Below are positions 13,789 through 14,005 of a DNA stretch of 14,005 bases, piece by piece (the first letter of the stretch is position 1; every line of letters begins with the position of its first letter). The DNA comes from a virus. The position numbers were made by a program, and so were the translations under genes. The DNA is taken from the UHGV virus genome UHGV-1657810; one strand, given 5' to 3'. Under the pieces are notes generated by a model. It did no database searches. It was not told where the DNA came from and worked only from the letters and a program-made list of their open reading frames with translations.

Positions 13789-14005
13789 CACTTCACCTCC
13801 CGCGGTGGTTCCGGTAACCACTCAGTCATTTCAACCTTCCCTACCAGGTCTGAACCAGGGTGCATACAGCAATCACTCTGCGCAGCTTTGAAATCATTAT
13901 ACTCATATTCTTGGGCCACCAGATTTTTTGCAGCTTCTATAGCAGCATCCAACCCCTGCGCCCTTACTTCAGCCAGGAAAGCATCGGTGGCTGGAATGGG
14001 CTTTT
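13788..14005 (-). CDS. C-terminal 71 codons of an unknown gene entering from the right edge
   Basis: I translated the minus strand myself: open frame from 14003 down to TGA at 13790..13788 (...AFLAEVRAQGLDAAIEAAKNLVAQEYEYNDFKAAQSDCCMHPGSDLVGKVEMTEWLPEPPREVK). Not in the ORF track because its start lies outside the window. Function unknown; it may belong to the lysis cassette. Confidence 0.45.
   Translation of the reverse strand, partial: KPIPATDAFLAEVRAQGLDAAIEAAKNLVAQEYEYNDFKAAQSDCCMHPGSDLVGKVEMTEWLPEPPREVK

Noticed and set aside
13788-13821. Track start of the 127-aa ORF at 13821 (MVTGTTAGGEV...)
   Set aside because: This start would overlap the upstream gene by 33 nt. The ATG at 13788 has a near-consensus SD (GGGAGGTGA) and a TGATG coupling overlap, so the shorter 116-aa form is preferred.
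1-14005. CRISPR arrays, integrase or attachment sites, transposases, rRNA
   Set aside because: No regularly spaced direct repeats, no tyrosine or serine recombinase-like ORF and no IS-like inverted repeats were seen. The tRNA is internal to the morphogenesis operon rather than at a prophage boundary.

Overview
The window is the late (packaging and virion morphogenesis) region of a temperate phage or prophage, probably enterobacterial. Almost everything is encoded on the minus strand as one tightly packed, translationally coupled operon. Reading the minus strand from 14005 down to 1: a partial unknown gene, two small genes (116 aa and a 112-aa Cys-rich protein), an intrinsic terminator plus tandem dyad repeats, terS (P27-type small terminase), terL (Walker A/B ATPase plus nuclease), a small 68-aa ORF, portal (T7-type connector), a 98-aa ORF, scaffold, major capsid protein, three small virion genes, tail tubular proteins A and B (T7 gp11/gp12-like), two internal virion proteins (gp13/gp14-like) and the start of a gp15-like gene running off the left edge. 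The only plus-strand content is a roughly 1.15 kb insertion between terL and portal (9735-10883). It carries an AT-rich promoter-like region, a structured GC-rich non-coding stretch, a canonical tRNA-Arg(UCU), two intrinsic terminators or hairpins, and a 123-aa cytoplasmic ORF with its own RBS and terminator. This is a moron-like accessory cassette and the most likely place for unexplored biology. No CRISPR array, integrase, transposase or rRNA was seen. All product calls rest on motifs I can read in the translations, gene order and recalled family features; no database search was possible.
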